Assembly (NCBI GenBank): GCA_040386535.1
Contig: JAZKFH010000027.1
Span: 102,548-166,547 of the forward strand
From: Myxococcota bacterium
Lineage (GTDB): Bacteria > Myxococcota_A > UBA796 > SXON01
Length of the DNA stretch: 64,000 nt
Direction of reading: 5' to 3'
Under the pieces are notes generated by a model. That model did no database searches. It worked only from the letters and a program-made list of their open reading frames with translations, and was not told where the DNA came from. Shown in pieces: positions 32,314-41,725 of the stretch (its first letter is position 1; the number at the start of each line of letters is the position of its first letter). The translations under genes were made by a program, and so were the position numbers.

Positions 32314-32352
32314 CGCGGAAGGGTAGCCCGGGCTCGACCGCGGGGCCGCCGG

Positions 32353-33255
32353 CTACGTCGGCGAGAGGGGCCCGAGTCGGGCGGCCGCGAGCGCGTCGAC
32401 CACGCGTAGGACGTGCAGGAGGCGGGCCTCGGGGACGGGCGGGGGCGCGCCGTCGAGGATGCGGGCCACGGCGAGGGCGTGGTCGAGGGCGAAGAGGGGG
32501 CCCACATCGGGGACGGGCACGGGAACGTCGTCGCGGGTGATCACGGCGTCGACCTGGCGCCACGTGGCCGCGGGCGTGTGGAACGTGAGCGTGGTGCTCC
32601 GCGGGAGGCCGGGGCCGTGCCGGAAGTCGAGGTGCACGCGCGCGCCGGAGACGAGCTGGAGCGTGGCGTCGAGGCGGGCGATCGCGCCTTCCGACGAGGG
32701 GGTGACGGCGAGGACGGCGGCCACGGGCCCGGCCACGTCGACGAGGCGGTGGAGGCGGGCGTGGTTGTGGCGGGCGAGGGCGCCGGGGGCCTTGGAGGCT
32801 GCGGCCGGGGTGGGGGACGTGAACGTGACGGTGGCGGCGGTGACCTCGGCGGGGCGGACGGAGGCGCGGAGGACGACCGCGGCGCCGCCGAGCAGCTCGA
32901 TGTGCTCCTCGTGGAGGACGCGCGGGCCGGCGTTGGCCGCGGCGCGCGCCGTGTCGAAGAGGCGCGCGGCGGTGTCGGCGTCGGGTGCCAGGGGGTACTC
33001 CACGACGACGTGGCGCCCGGCGGCGAGGACCGCGGCGACCTGCGCGGGGTGGGCCTCGGAGGGGCTGCAGACCGCGACCGCGTCGGCGGCGGCGATCGCG
33101 TCCTCCAGGGAGAGCGTCGGCACGCCGAGCGTGTTGGCGTGGCGGCCGCGGTGGACGGCGACCAGCACGCAGCGGGGATCCGCCTGGATGGCATGCGCCC
33201 GGGCCCGGCCGGCGGTGCCAACCCCGATCACGGCCCACCGCAACGGGGCGGTCAC
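32353..33255 (-). CDS. Gfo/Idh/MocA oxidoreductase, biliverdin-reductase-like
   Basis: 'VIGVGTAGRAR', 'AGRHVVVEYPLA' and 'VLHEEHIELL'. GTGA overlap with the ABC ATPase gene. Confidence 0.75.
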   Translation of the reverse strand: MTAPLRWAVIGVGTAGRARAHAIQADPRCVLVAVHRGRHANTLGVPTLSLEDAIAAADAVAVCSPSEAHPAQVAAVLAAGRHVVVEYPLAPDADTAARLFDTARAAANAGPRVLHEEHIELLGGAAVVLRASVRPAEVTAATVTFTSPTPAAASKAPGALARHNHARLHRLVDVAGPVAAVLAVTPSSEGAIARLDATLQLVSGARVHLDFRHGPGLPRSTTLTFHTPAATWRQVDAVITRDDVPVPVPDVGPLFALDHALAVARILDGAPPPVPEARLLHVLRVVDALAAARLGPLSPT

Positions 33256-33929
33256 CGGTCGTCCGCGACGATGCGGCCGTCCTCGATACGGACGCGGCGG
33301 GTGGCGCCGGCCGCCACGTTCGGATCGTGCGTGACCATCACGATCGTGCGCCCGCGGTCGTGCAGCTCGTGGAACAGCTGGAGGATCTCGGCGCCCGAGC
33401 GCGAGTCGAGGTTGCCGGTGGGCTCGTCCGCGCAGAGCAGATCGGGATCCGTCGCGAGCGCCCGCGCCACGGCCACGCGCTGGCACTGGCCGCCCGAGAG
33501 CTCCGTGGGGCGGTGGCCCACGCGGTCGCCCAGCCCCACCTGCCCGAGGATCTCGCGGGCGCGGGCCAGGCGCTTGTCCTGCGGCCACCCGGCATAGCGG
33601 AGGGGGAGGGCCACGTTCTCGTCTGCGCGCAGTAGCGGGAGGAGGTGGAACGACTGGAACACGAAGCCGATGCGACGGTTGCGCAGGTGCGCGAGCCCGG
33701 TGTCGTCGAGGTCCTCGACCGACGCGCCGTCGAACAGGTAGCTGCCCGCGTCCGGGCGCTCGAGGCCGCCGAGGACGGTGAGCAGGGTGGACTTTCCCGA
33801 GCCGCTCGGCCCGACCAGGGCCACGAACTCGCCCCGCTCGACGTCGAGGTCGACCCCGTCGAGCGCGCGGAGCGTGGTGCCGCCGGTGTGGTAGGCGCGG
33901 ACGAGCCCGCGGACGGAGAGGAGCGGCAT
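33252..33929 (-). CDS. ABC transporter ATP-binding protein (MacB/LolD-type)
   Basis: 'GPSGSGKST', 'IGFVFQSFHL', 'LSGGQCQRVAVARAL', 'ADEPTGNLD' and 'VTHD'. Confidence 0.95.
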   Translation of the reverse strand: MPLLSVRGLVRAYHTGGTTLRALDGVDLDVERGEFVALVGPSGSGKSTLLTVLGGLERPDAGSYLFDGASVEDLDDTGLAHLRNRRIGFVFQSFHLLPLLRADENVALPLRYAGWPQDKRLARAREILGQVGLGDRVGHRPTELSGGQCQRVAVARALATDPDLLCADEPTGNLDSRSGAEILQLFHELHDRGRTIVMVTHDPNVAAGATRRVRIEDGRIVADDR

Positions 33930-34194
33930 ACCCTTCGATAACCGCGCGGGTGCCGTGGAGGCGGGAGGGGAGCAACGCGGGCCGACGCGCGAGGGGACCG
34001 GAGGGCGGCCGCGCGCTCGGGCGCGGACGGTCCGGCGCGGCCCGGCGCGCCGACCGAGCGGAGCGAGCCCGTAGGGCACCGTCCCCGGCGTCCGCGCCGG
34101 TGGCGCGCCCCCCCCCTCCGATGGACCTGGACGGAGGGGTACCCGACGCGACGACCGCCGCCCGCGGCCACGAGCGGCGTACACTCCCGCCCCG

Positions 34195-36132
34195 ATGACT
34201 CCCGATCCGGTCGCCGCCGCCCCACCCCGCGTACCCGCGATCGCCTGGTCCCTCACGACCGGGCTTGCCGTCACGACGATCTGCGCCGTGTTGGCCCAGC
34301 CCGCCCCCGGCGCGGGCGACCAGGCCGAGCTCGCGGCCGTGGCGTGGTCGTGGGGGGTGGCCCACCCCACCGGCTACCCGCTGTGGACGCTGCTCGCGCA
34401 CCTCTGGGTGGTGGCGTTGGGCGGCGTGGACCCGGCCACCGCGGTGGCGTGCCTCTCCGCCGTCTTCGCGGGGATCGCGGCCGCGCTCACGGTCGAGGTC
34501 GGCGCCGCCTTCGGCTCACGCGCGGCCGGCGTCGTCGCGGCGCTCCTGTTCGCCCTCTCGCCGGTCGCCTGGCAGCAGGCCACCCAGGTCGAGGTGTACC
34601 CGCTCTTCTTCGTCTTCCAGGCCGCCGAGGTGCTGGCGCTCCAGCGTGCGCTCATCGCTCGCGACGACCGGGGGGTGCGGCGCGCGCTGCTGGCCGCCGC
34701 GGTCATCGGCGGGTTCGGCGCCACCCACCACCTGCTCATCGGGCTCCTCGTGCCCGCGGCCCTGCTCGTCGTCTGGGTGCGGCGCGCGGCGCTACGGCCC
34801 CGCGATCTGCTCGGCCTCGTCGGGCTCGCGGGGGCGCCGCTCGCGCTCTACGCGCTGCTGCCGTGGCGCGCCTCCACCGGGCCCGCGGTGAGCTGGCACC
34901 GCGTCACCACCTTCGACAAGCTGCTCGACCACGCGATGGGGCGGCAGTACCACGGCATCCTCGTCCTGGAGAAGGACGCGGGATGGGGGCCGATCCTGAC
35001 CGCGATCGGAGGCCCCGTGGCGCTGGCGCTCTTGTCCGGGCTCGCGCTGGTCGCGCTCGTCCGCATGCGGCCGCGCGGGTCGGCGCTCGTGCTGGTGGCC
35101 TACCTCGTGGCCGGCGGTGTGTTCGCGCTCAACTACCCCGTGGTCGATCAGGAGGTGTTCTTCCTGCCGTTCGTGTGGGCGTTGTGCCTCGCCGCCGCGC
35201 TCGGCGCCCGCGTGGTGTCCGCCCGCATGCCGGTCGCCGGGCTGCTGCTGCTCGGCCTGCCGCTCGTCCAGCTGACCAACGTGGCGCGGCTCGCGCCGGC
35301 CATGGCATCGCACGACGCGGCGCTCGCGATGCTCCAGGTCGCGCCCCGCGGCGCGGTCGCCTACCTCGCGGCCCAGGACGGCTTCACGCTGTTCTACCCG
35401 CTGCTCGTGCGCGGGCTGCGCCCCGACGTCGAGGGCGTCGATCCCGTGCTGGACGTGCGGCCACGCTACGCGCCCTACGTCGATCGCCTGCTCGGCGAGG
35501 CCCTGCCCGAGGGGCGCACGCCGACCGTGTGGGTGCTCGAGACGCTGCTGGCGACCGGGCTGCCCATCGTCGTGCACCCGAAGGATCCGGTGGGCTCGCT
35601 CGACGAGGCGAAGGCGGCGCGGGTGCGCGCGGGCGTGATCGATTTCCTGGTTCCCGCGGGGGCGGCGCCAGGATCGCCGGGGCCCGCGTGTGGCGAGGTG
35701 CGGTTCGTCGGCGCGGTGCTGGGGCTGCCCTGCGCGCCGGCGGCGGACGTGGGCCCGCTCGCGGTGGTGGCGGCGCCGCTGACGTGGACCTCGGCCGATC
35801 CCGCGGGCCTGGAGCTCATCGTGGTGGACGCCGCGGCGGGCGAGGCCCTCCAGGGTGGCGGCGCGCGGCCCGTGTTGGGGGCGCCCGTCGGGATGGGCCG
35901 CCCGGTGGCGACGTTGCCGACGGATCGGGCGTGGGTGGACGCGCTCTGGGCCGCGGTGCCGCGCGACACGCCGGCGGGGCCGCGGGGGTTGTGGATCGCG
36001 TTGCGGCGGGGCGGGGCGTGGGTGCCGCTCGATGTTGCGGGGGAGGCTCCCACGCAGGGGCCGTTCGTGCGGCTGCTCGCGTACACCGTGCGCGATGTGG
36101 CGGCGCCGCCGTTGTGGACGTTTCCGGATTGA
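34195..36132 (+). CDS. DUF2723/TMEM260-like multi-TM glycosyltransferase (GT-C)
   Basis: 'GDQAEL......GVAHPTGYPLWTLL' and 'WQQATQVEVY', with many TMs and a C-terminal periplasmic domain. Confidence 0.8.
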   Translation: MTPDPVAAAPPRVPAIAWSLTTGLAVTTICAVLAQPAPGAGDQAELAAVAWSWGVAHPTGYPLWTLLAHLWVVALGGVDPATAVACLSAVFAGIAAALTVEVGAAFGSRAAGVVAALLFALSPVAWQQATQVEVYPLFFVFQAAEVLALQRALIARDDRGVRRALLAAAVIGGFGATHHLLIGLLVPAALLVVWVRRAALRPRDLLGLVGLAGAPLALYALLPWRASTGPAVSWHRVTTFDKLLDHAMGRQYHGILVLEKDAGWGPILTAIGGPVALALLSGLALVALVRMRPRGSALVLVAYLVAGGVFALNYPVVDQEVFFLPFVWALCLAAALGARVVSARMPVAGLLLLGLPLVQLTNVARLAPAMASHDAALAMLQVAPRGAVAYLAAQDGFTLFYPLLVRGLRPDVEGVDPVLDVRPRYAPYVDRLLGEALPEGRTPTVWVLETLLATGLPIVVHPKDPVGSLDEAKAARVRAGVIDFLVPAGAAPGSPGPACGEVRFVGAVLGLPCAPAADVGPLAVVAAPLTWTSADPAGLELIVVDAAAGEALQGGGARPVLGAPVGMGRPVATLPTDRAWVDALWAAVPRDTPAGPRGLWIALRRGGAWVPLDVAGEAPTQGPFVRLLAYTVRDVAAPPLWTFPD

Positions 36133-36213
36133 TCCCGACCGACGCAGATTTGGATCGAGCGGCCCGCCGCGGGCGCCGAGGCGAATCGAGATCGGTCGGT
36201 ATAAGGGGCACGG

Positions 36214-37608
36214 ATGCTCGCCTGGCTCTTGGTCGCGCCCGCCGCCGCGGAGGAGTGGACGCTCCGCGCCGCGCTCGACCACGCTCTGGCGCACAACGTG
36301 GAGCTGCGCCAGGACGGGCTCGATCTGCGCTCGGCCGAGGCCTCCGTGGTCATCGCCCGCGCCGACCGCGGCCCGACCCTGTCCGCGGACGCGAGCGTGT
36401 CCGGCTACTTCGACCAGGCCTCGCCCGATCGCGCCGACGACGGCTCTGCGTGGAGCCTCGGCGTGTCCCAGCCGCTCCCGACGGGCGGCACCGTGTGGCT
36501 CGGCGGCTCGCAGGACCGCACGTTCGCGCGGCGGCTCACGCCCGACGCGTCCGTGTACAGCTTCACCGGCCTCACGCTCGACCAGCCCCTGCTCGACGGC
36601 GCGTGGCGCTCGGCGCGGTACGCCACCGACAGCGCCCGCATCGGCCTGCGCGCCGAGGTGTTGCGCGCCCGCGACGCCCGCGAGCGCCTCGTGGTCGAGG
36701 TCGCCACCGCCTACTGGGAGCTCATCGCCGCGCGGGAGAGCACCCGCCTCGCCGTGCGCTCGGTCGAGATCGCGGAGACGCAGCTCTTGGAGACCCGCGA
36801 GCGCTTCGACGAGGGGTTCGCGGGCTCGGGTGACGTGCTCCAGCTCGAGCGCGCCCAGGGGGTGGCCCGCCAGAGCCAGGTGGTGGCCGAGTCCGCCGAG
36901 CGCGGGGCGGCGCGTCGCCTCGCACGCTTGATGGGATTGTCGCTGGAAGGGGCGCCTGTGCTGGTCCTCGTGGACCGTCCGGATCCCCCCGCCGCCGATC
37001 CCGATCCTGTCGCCGCCCTGGCCGAGGCGCGCGAGGCCAACGCCGCCTACCGCCTTGCCACCCTCGGCGTGGAAGACGCGCGGCGTGACCTCGCGCAGGC
37101 CCGCAGCGCCGCGCTCCCCGACCTGTCCGTGTCCGCGGCGGTCGGCCTGAGCGCGGACACCGTCGGCACCGGCGCGCTCGCCGCGCTCACGACGAGCCCG
37201 GATCGCGCCTGGGCGCTCGGCGCCAGCCTCACGGTGCCGCTGGCGTGGGCGGGGCCGCGCGCGGCGCTGGAGCAGGGGCGCATCGGCCTGTCCCGCGCGG
37301 AGCTCGACGCCGAGGCCGCGTGGCAGGATCTCGTGGCGCAGGTGCAGGCCGCGCTCGACGCGGTGGGCCGCGATCGGGTGCGCGTGGCCCTGGCCGAGCA
37401 GACCCGCCTCGCCGCCCAAGCCGGTTTGGCCGCGGACCAGGAGCTGTACCGCGAGGGCCGTGGCTCCACGCGGGACGTGGTGCGCTCGCTCGAATCGTTG
37501 GAGGAGGCGCAGGTGGCAGGTTTGGCGGCGCAGATCGACTTGCAGGCGTCGTTGTTGGCGCTCGCGCGGTTGCGGGGGCGAGTTTTGGAGGAGTTGGGGG
37601 TGGAGTAG
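36214..37608 (+). CDS. TolC family outer-membrane efflux protein
   Basis: Signal peptide and two OEP repeats: 'ALAHNVEL', 'LDQPLLDG', 'V.TAYWEL', 'LPDLSV', 'LTVPL' and 'YREG..STRDV'. Confidence 0.88.
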   Translation: MLAWLLVAPAAAEEWTLRAALDHALAHNVELRQDGLDLRSAEASVVIARADRGPTLSADASVSGYFDQASPDRADDGSAWSLGVSQPLPTGGTVWLGGSQDRTFARRLTPDASVYSFTGLTLDQPLLDGAWRSARYATDSARIGLRAEVLRARDARERLVVEVATAYWELIAARESTRLAVRSVEIAETQLLETRERFDEGFAGSGDVLQLERAQGVARQSQVVAESAERGAARRLARLMGLSLEGAPVLVLVDRPDPPAADPDPVAALAEAREANAAYRLATLGVEDARRDLAQARSAALPDLSVSAAVGLSADTVGTGALAALTTSPDRAWALGASLTVPLAWAGPRAALEQGRIGLSRAELDAEAAWQDLVAQVQAALDAVGRDRVRVALAEQTRLAAQAGLAADQELYREGRGSTRDVVRSLESLEEAQVAGLAAQIDLQASLLALARLRGRVLEELGVE

Positions 37609-37621
37609 GGTTGCGGTGGAG

Positions 37622-38217
37622 TCACAGGGTCAGCGGGTTCTCGTTGGCTCGTACGGTGGCGTCCTGGAAGAAGTCGCCCGTGGTGGTGGAGCAGCCGACG
37701 GTCGACCCGTGGTAGGGCCACACCTCCAGGAAGCTGCGCCAGTGGGGCTCGACGTCGGACCACGGCGCCTTCCGCTCGATCGTCCCGACGAAGGTCTGGA
37801 GCCACGCCTGCATGTTCGCGAAGTGGTGGGGCGGCGGGGGAAAGGGCGGTGCTGGATCGCGGGGGAGCAGGCCCGCCACGGGGCGGTGAAGCGACTGCGC
37901 CGCACACTGTTGGACAATCCAGGCGTGGGTCTTTGGGGCGATGGGGATGCCGGCGGCTTCGCAGCCGAGGAGGTCTCGTGCGAACTCCTGCATCCTCGGA
38001 GCGAGAGGCTGCTCGCCGAGCTGCTCGTTGGCAGCTACGACCGCGTCCAGCGTGGTCCCCAGCGACGCGCGCAGTCGATATCGCTGGAGAGCTGGTTCAT
38101 CGCGTGGTTCGGATACTCGCCCGGCGTGCGCTCGGCAGCCCACTCGAGGCCCCTGCGGATGCCCGGCCAATCCTCATCCCAGTAGCTTACGGCAAGGTCT
38201 CGTTGTGTTCGCATCAC
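37622..38217 (-). pseudogene. Frameshifted hypothetical gene (~197 aa if repaired)
   Basis: The RBS-preceded ORF 38217-38035 joins the frame ending at 37622 if one CG is removed from the (CG)n run at ~38066-38072. Confidence 0.5.
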
Positions 38218-38366
38218 TCGACTCCCTATATCGCCAAGGGTGCTTGCTCCGCTTCCGAGTCCCGCGCGGCCCAGCCGTGGAGGATTTCGTGCAGGGTGGC
38301 GGATGCCTTGGCCGCGAGCAGGTAGGCGAGCCGGCCAGGTGGCGGGCCTCGCGTTGGGTCGGGGGA

Positions 38367-38558
38367 GAAACCCGACAAATCTCGCCTCACTACCGGTACT
38401 GACGGCCGTTCTGTCGGGTCCGTGGTGATGTCGTCGGCGAATTGTCAGCGTTGGTCCGTGGTGCTGCGGTGGAACGGGTCGCTGTGAGCGCGTTCCGGGC
38501 GTTGAAACCCGACAGATCTCGCCTCACTACCGGTAGTGACGGCCGTTCTGTCGGGTCC
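38367..38558. repeat. Two 55-bp direct repeats with a palindromic core (38367-38421, 38504-38558)
   Basis: GAAACCCGACA(A/G)ATCTCGCCTCACTACCGGTA(C/G)TGACGGCCGTTCTGTCGGGTCC, 2 mismatches. Confidence 0.9.
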
Positions 38559-38601
38559 CCTTGGTGTCGCCCGCGGGGGAGTGGCACGGCGTCCCCCGGC
38601 G

Positions 38602-39129
38602 GGTGGCGTCTCGGCGTGTTTCCGAGACCGGAACTCCGGAGCCGGAGAATCAGGAAGGCAGGAATAGAGGAAGGCAGGAGGGGGGAGCCGGCAGGAATGG
38701 AGGACGGCGGGAGGGGGAGCCGGCGCGCCGTGTCAATCCCGGGGCCGGTGGTGGCGTCTCGGCGTGTTTCAGGTCTGGAATTCCGGAGCCGGAGAGTCAG
38801 GAAGGCAGGAATGGAGGAAGGCAGGAGGGGGGAGCCACGGGATCCGAATCGGGGAATCATACCGAGCGAAGCTACGTTTCTACAGAATTTTGAACGCACG
38901 GACCGAGAACGGAAGTCCGACCCTCGGAAATTCAGTGCGCCCCCTGATCGGCTCAGCCGTACTTTCTCGCCTCTCGCCCAGGAGAAGGGGAGATGGTCGA
39001 GGATCGAGGCCAACATCGGACTCGTTGGGGGTGAAATCGTCGAACAACACAGGTTGATTCAACCGAACTGGCGGATCCGCATCCCGTGGTGGGAGCCGGC
39101 AGGAATGGAGGAAGGCAGGAGAGGGAGCG
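38602..39129 (+). repeat. ~87-bp direct repeat (38602-38689, 38750-38836) with a purine-rich subrepeat in 4 copies
   Basis: GGCAGGAATGGAGGAAGGCAGGAGGGGGGAGCC-like unit at ~38657, 38690, 38804 and 39098. Confidence 0.85.
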
Positions 39130-39180
39130 GGCAGTTCGTGTCAGCCCGCTGCCGGCGGTCCAATGCCGCTCCGCGTTGGA

Positions 39181-39337
39181 TGGCGGACGAAGTCGAGCCC
39201 CCTGTCGAACAGGTGGGTGGAGTTCGACCATGTGGCGGACGAAGTCGCCACCCCTGTCGAACAGGTGGGGGGAGTTCGACCGTGTGGCGGACGAAGTCGC
39301 GACCCCTGTCCAACAGGTAGGGGGAGTTCGACCGTGT
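39181..39337 (+). repeat. 52-bp tandem repeat x3
   Basis: TGGCGGACGAAGTCG-nnn-CCCCTGTCGAACAGGT..GGAGTTCGACC.TG units at 39181, 39233 and 39285. Confidence 0.9.
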
Positions 39338-39363
39338 GACGCCGAGGGGGCCCAACTTGACGT

Positions 39364-39521
39364 CCCTGCGCCAAGGGCGCGGAGGGCAGCCGCCTCGGGC
39401 GGCTGGTCCGGCCGGGCGCGTGGGTGCTCCCAAATCGGCGCGCGTGCGCCTCGCCCGACCGACCGAGCGGCTTTGCCGCGAGCCCGGAGCCGACCTGCCC
39501 CGCGTCCGCGCGGGGGTGCCC
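39364..39521 (+). repeat. ~155-bp GC-rich element, left copy of an inverted pair
   Basis: Its reverse complement aligns along the whole length with 41570-41725. Confidence 0.85.
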
Positions 39522-39622
39522 CTGTCCTCGCCGCCCCCGACCGGCGCGGCGCTGGAACCGCGCGGGGGCGCCCCCATCGATCCGCACCAGCAGGTTAGAA
39601 CCTGCGCTGCCCCGAGGACCCC

Positions 39623-40714
39623 GTGCTGGCCGAATTCCTGTTCGACGCGATCGTCTCCCTCGACGATGCGGGCGCCGCGACCCTCGTCGGCACCGATTCT
39701 ACGCTCGTCGGCGCGCGGGATCCCTACCTGGGCAGCACGCCGCTGCACTTCGCGGCCCACCGCGGCCTGACCGAGACGGTGCGCGCGCTGCTCGCGGCCG
39801 GCGCCGACGTGCACGCGCGCGAGGAGGCGAGCGACACCACGCCGCTGCACTGGGCCGCCGAGGCCGGGCAGGCCGCGGTCGTGGAGCTGCTGCTTGCCGC
39901 GAACGCCGACGTGGGCGCGGTCGACACGTGGTATGGCCTCACGCCGCTCGGCTGGGCCACGGTCGTGGACTGGGCGCCGCAGTTCCGCGCCGACCGCCCC
40001 GCCACCATGGCCGCGCTCCGCCGCGCCGGCGCCCGCTCCGACCTGTTCACCGCCGTGGCCGAGGGAAACGCCGACGAGGTCACGACGCTCGTGTCGCCCG
40101 CCGCGCTGGAGCGGCGCCTCGGGTTCGTCGCCGACGGGTGGACGCCGCTGCACCTCGCCGCCGATCGTGCGGGCGCCAACCTGGTGAAGTTGCTGGTGAC
40201 CCTCGGCGCCGACGTGGGCGCGCGCACGGCGTCCGGCCTCACGCCGTTCGCGGTGGCGCGCGCCGTCGGCAATGCCAACGCGGTCCGCGCGCTGCGGCCG
40301 GTGAGTGACACGGGCGACGCGTCCGTGGCGGTCGTCACCCAGGACGCGCCGGCGTTGGCGGCGGCGTTGGCCGCGCTCTCCGACACCCAGGCCGACGCCG
40401 ACCTCGCCACGCGCCTGCTCGGAGTGGCCGCGGGCACCGGGAACGCCGCCGCAATCGGCATCCTGGTGGGGCGCGGGGCCGACGTGGGCGGGCGCATCCA
40501 GACCCTCGTGGGCGAGCGGTCCGCGTGGGTCACGCCGCTCCACCTCGCCGCGCGCGAGGGCCACCTCGACGTGGTGCTCCAGCTGCTCGACCGCGGCGCC
40601 GATGTGCACGCCGGGCGCGCCGAGGGCACGCCCACGCCGGTGCAGGTGGCCGCGGAGGCCGGGCAGGACGCTGTCGTGCAGCTGCTCGTCGAGAGCGGGG
40701 CCGAGTTGGTTTGA
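39623..40714 (+). CDS. Ankyrin repeat protein
   Basis: Multiple 'TPLHxAA..G...VV..LL..GADV' repeats. Confidence 0.93.
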   Translation: MLAEFLFDAIVSLDDAGAATLVGTDSTLVGARDPYLGSTPLHFAAHRGLTETVRALLAAGADVHAREEASDTTPLHWAAEAGQAAVVELLLAANADVGAVDTWYGLTPLGWATVVDWAPQFRADRPATMAALRRAGARSDLFTAVAEGNADEVTTLVSPAALERRLGFVADGWTPLHLAADRAGANLVKLLVTLGADVGARTASGLTPFAVARAVGNANAVRALRPVSDTGDASVAVVTQDAPALAAALAALSDTQADADLATRLLGVAAGTGNAAAIGILVGRGADVGGRIQTLVGERSAWVTPLHLAAREGHLDVVLQLLDRGADVHAGRAEGTPTPVQVAAEAGQDAVVQLLVESGAELV

Positions 40715-41544
40715 CTGTCGCCGCTCTCGCAGTTTGGGGCGCCCTCTGGGGCGGAGTGGTGGTGCTGCTCGGGCTCGGCAACACCGTCGGCTACCATCGC
40801 CTGCTCACGCATCGCGCCTTCGTGACAGGGCCGATCGTGCGCGCCGTGCTCACGATGCTCGGCGCCGTCACGGGCGGCTCGCCGGTGCTCTGGGTGGGCC
40901 TGCACCGCCTGCACCACGCGCGGAGCGACAGCGAGGGCGACCCGCACACCCCGCGCGACGGCGGCTTCGCCTGGGCCCACGCCGGCTGGCTCATCGGGGT
41001 GCGGAACCCCGTGGTGGTCGCGCTCTTCGCGCTCTCGGGCTTCGGCCAACAGGCGATGATCGTGGTGCACGACACACGCCGCCTGCTCGGCCGCAACCCA
41101 CCCACGTGGCGCGAGTTGTGCGGCGACCTGATGCGTGAGCCGCTGATGCGCGCCCTCGACACACCCGGTGTCATGCCCGCGTTTTTTGTGGCACAAGTGG
41201 CGCTCGCGTGGGCGGTCGGCGGCGGGTGGGGCCTGTTCGGGCTCTGGGGCGTGCACCTGTACCTGACGAACAGCAGCTGGGCGGTCAACTCGATCTCCCA
41301 CTGGCCCGCGTTCGGCCGCCAACCGCGCCCCACCGGCGACGACTCGCGCGACGTTCCGTGGATGGCACTCCCAACGCTCGGCGAGGCATGGCACAACACC
41401 CACCACCGCCATCCGCGTAGCGCCCGGCACGGGCTCGACGGCGGGCTGGACCCCTCGTGGCGCGTGATCCAGGGGCTGTGCGCGGTGGGGTTGGCAGAGA
41501 AACCGTGGTTGCCGAAGGAGGCGAGCGGGGTGAAGGTGGGGTGA
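40711..41544 (+). CDS. Acyl-CoA (delta-9 type) fatty acid desaturase
   Basis: Three His boxes HRLLTH, HRLHH and HNTHH, plus 'DPHTP' and 'SARHG...LDPSW'. TTG start overlaps the ankyrin gene TGA. Confidence 0.88.
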   Translation: MTVAALAVWGALWGGVVVLLGLGNTVGYHRLLTHRAFVTGPIVRAVLTMLGAVTGGSPVLWVGLHRLHHARSDSEGDPHTPRDGGFAWAHAGWLIGVRNPVVVALFALSGFGQQAMIVVHDTRRLLGRNPPTWRELCGDLMREPLMRALDTPGVMPAFFVAQVALAWAVGGGWGLFGLWGVHLYLTNSSWAVNSISHWPAFGRQPRPTGDDSRDVPWMALPTLGEAWHNTHHRHPRSARHGLDGGLDPSWRVIQGLCAVGLAEKPWLPKEASGVKVG

Positions 41545-41569
41545 GGCTGTTGGTTTGTCAGCCAGGTGC

Positions 41570-41725
41570 GGGCGCCCCCGCGCGGACGCGGGCAGGTCGG
41601 CTCCGGGCGCGCGGCAGAGCCGCTTGGTCGGCCGGGCGAGGGGCACTCGCGCCGATTGGTAGCACCTCCGCGCCCGGCCGGACCAGCCGCCCGGGGCGGC
41701 TGCCCTCCGCGCCCTTGGCGCGGGG
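41570..41725 (-). repeat. ~155-bp GC-rich element, right (inverted) copy
   Basis: Inverted counterpart of 39364-39521. Confidence 0.85.

Noticed and set aside
38367..39337. Repeat clusters as a CRISPR array or integron attC sites
   Set aside because: Only 2-3 units each, no 25-45 bp unique spacers, no RYYYAAC/GTTRRRY ends, and no integrase or cas genes.
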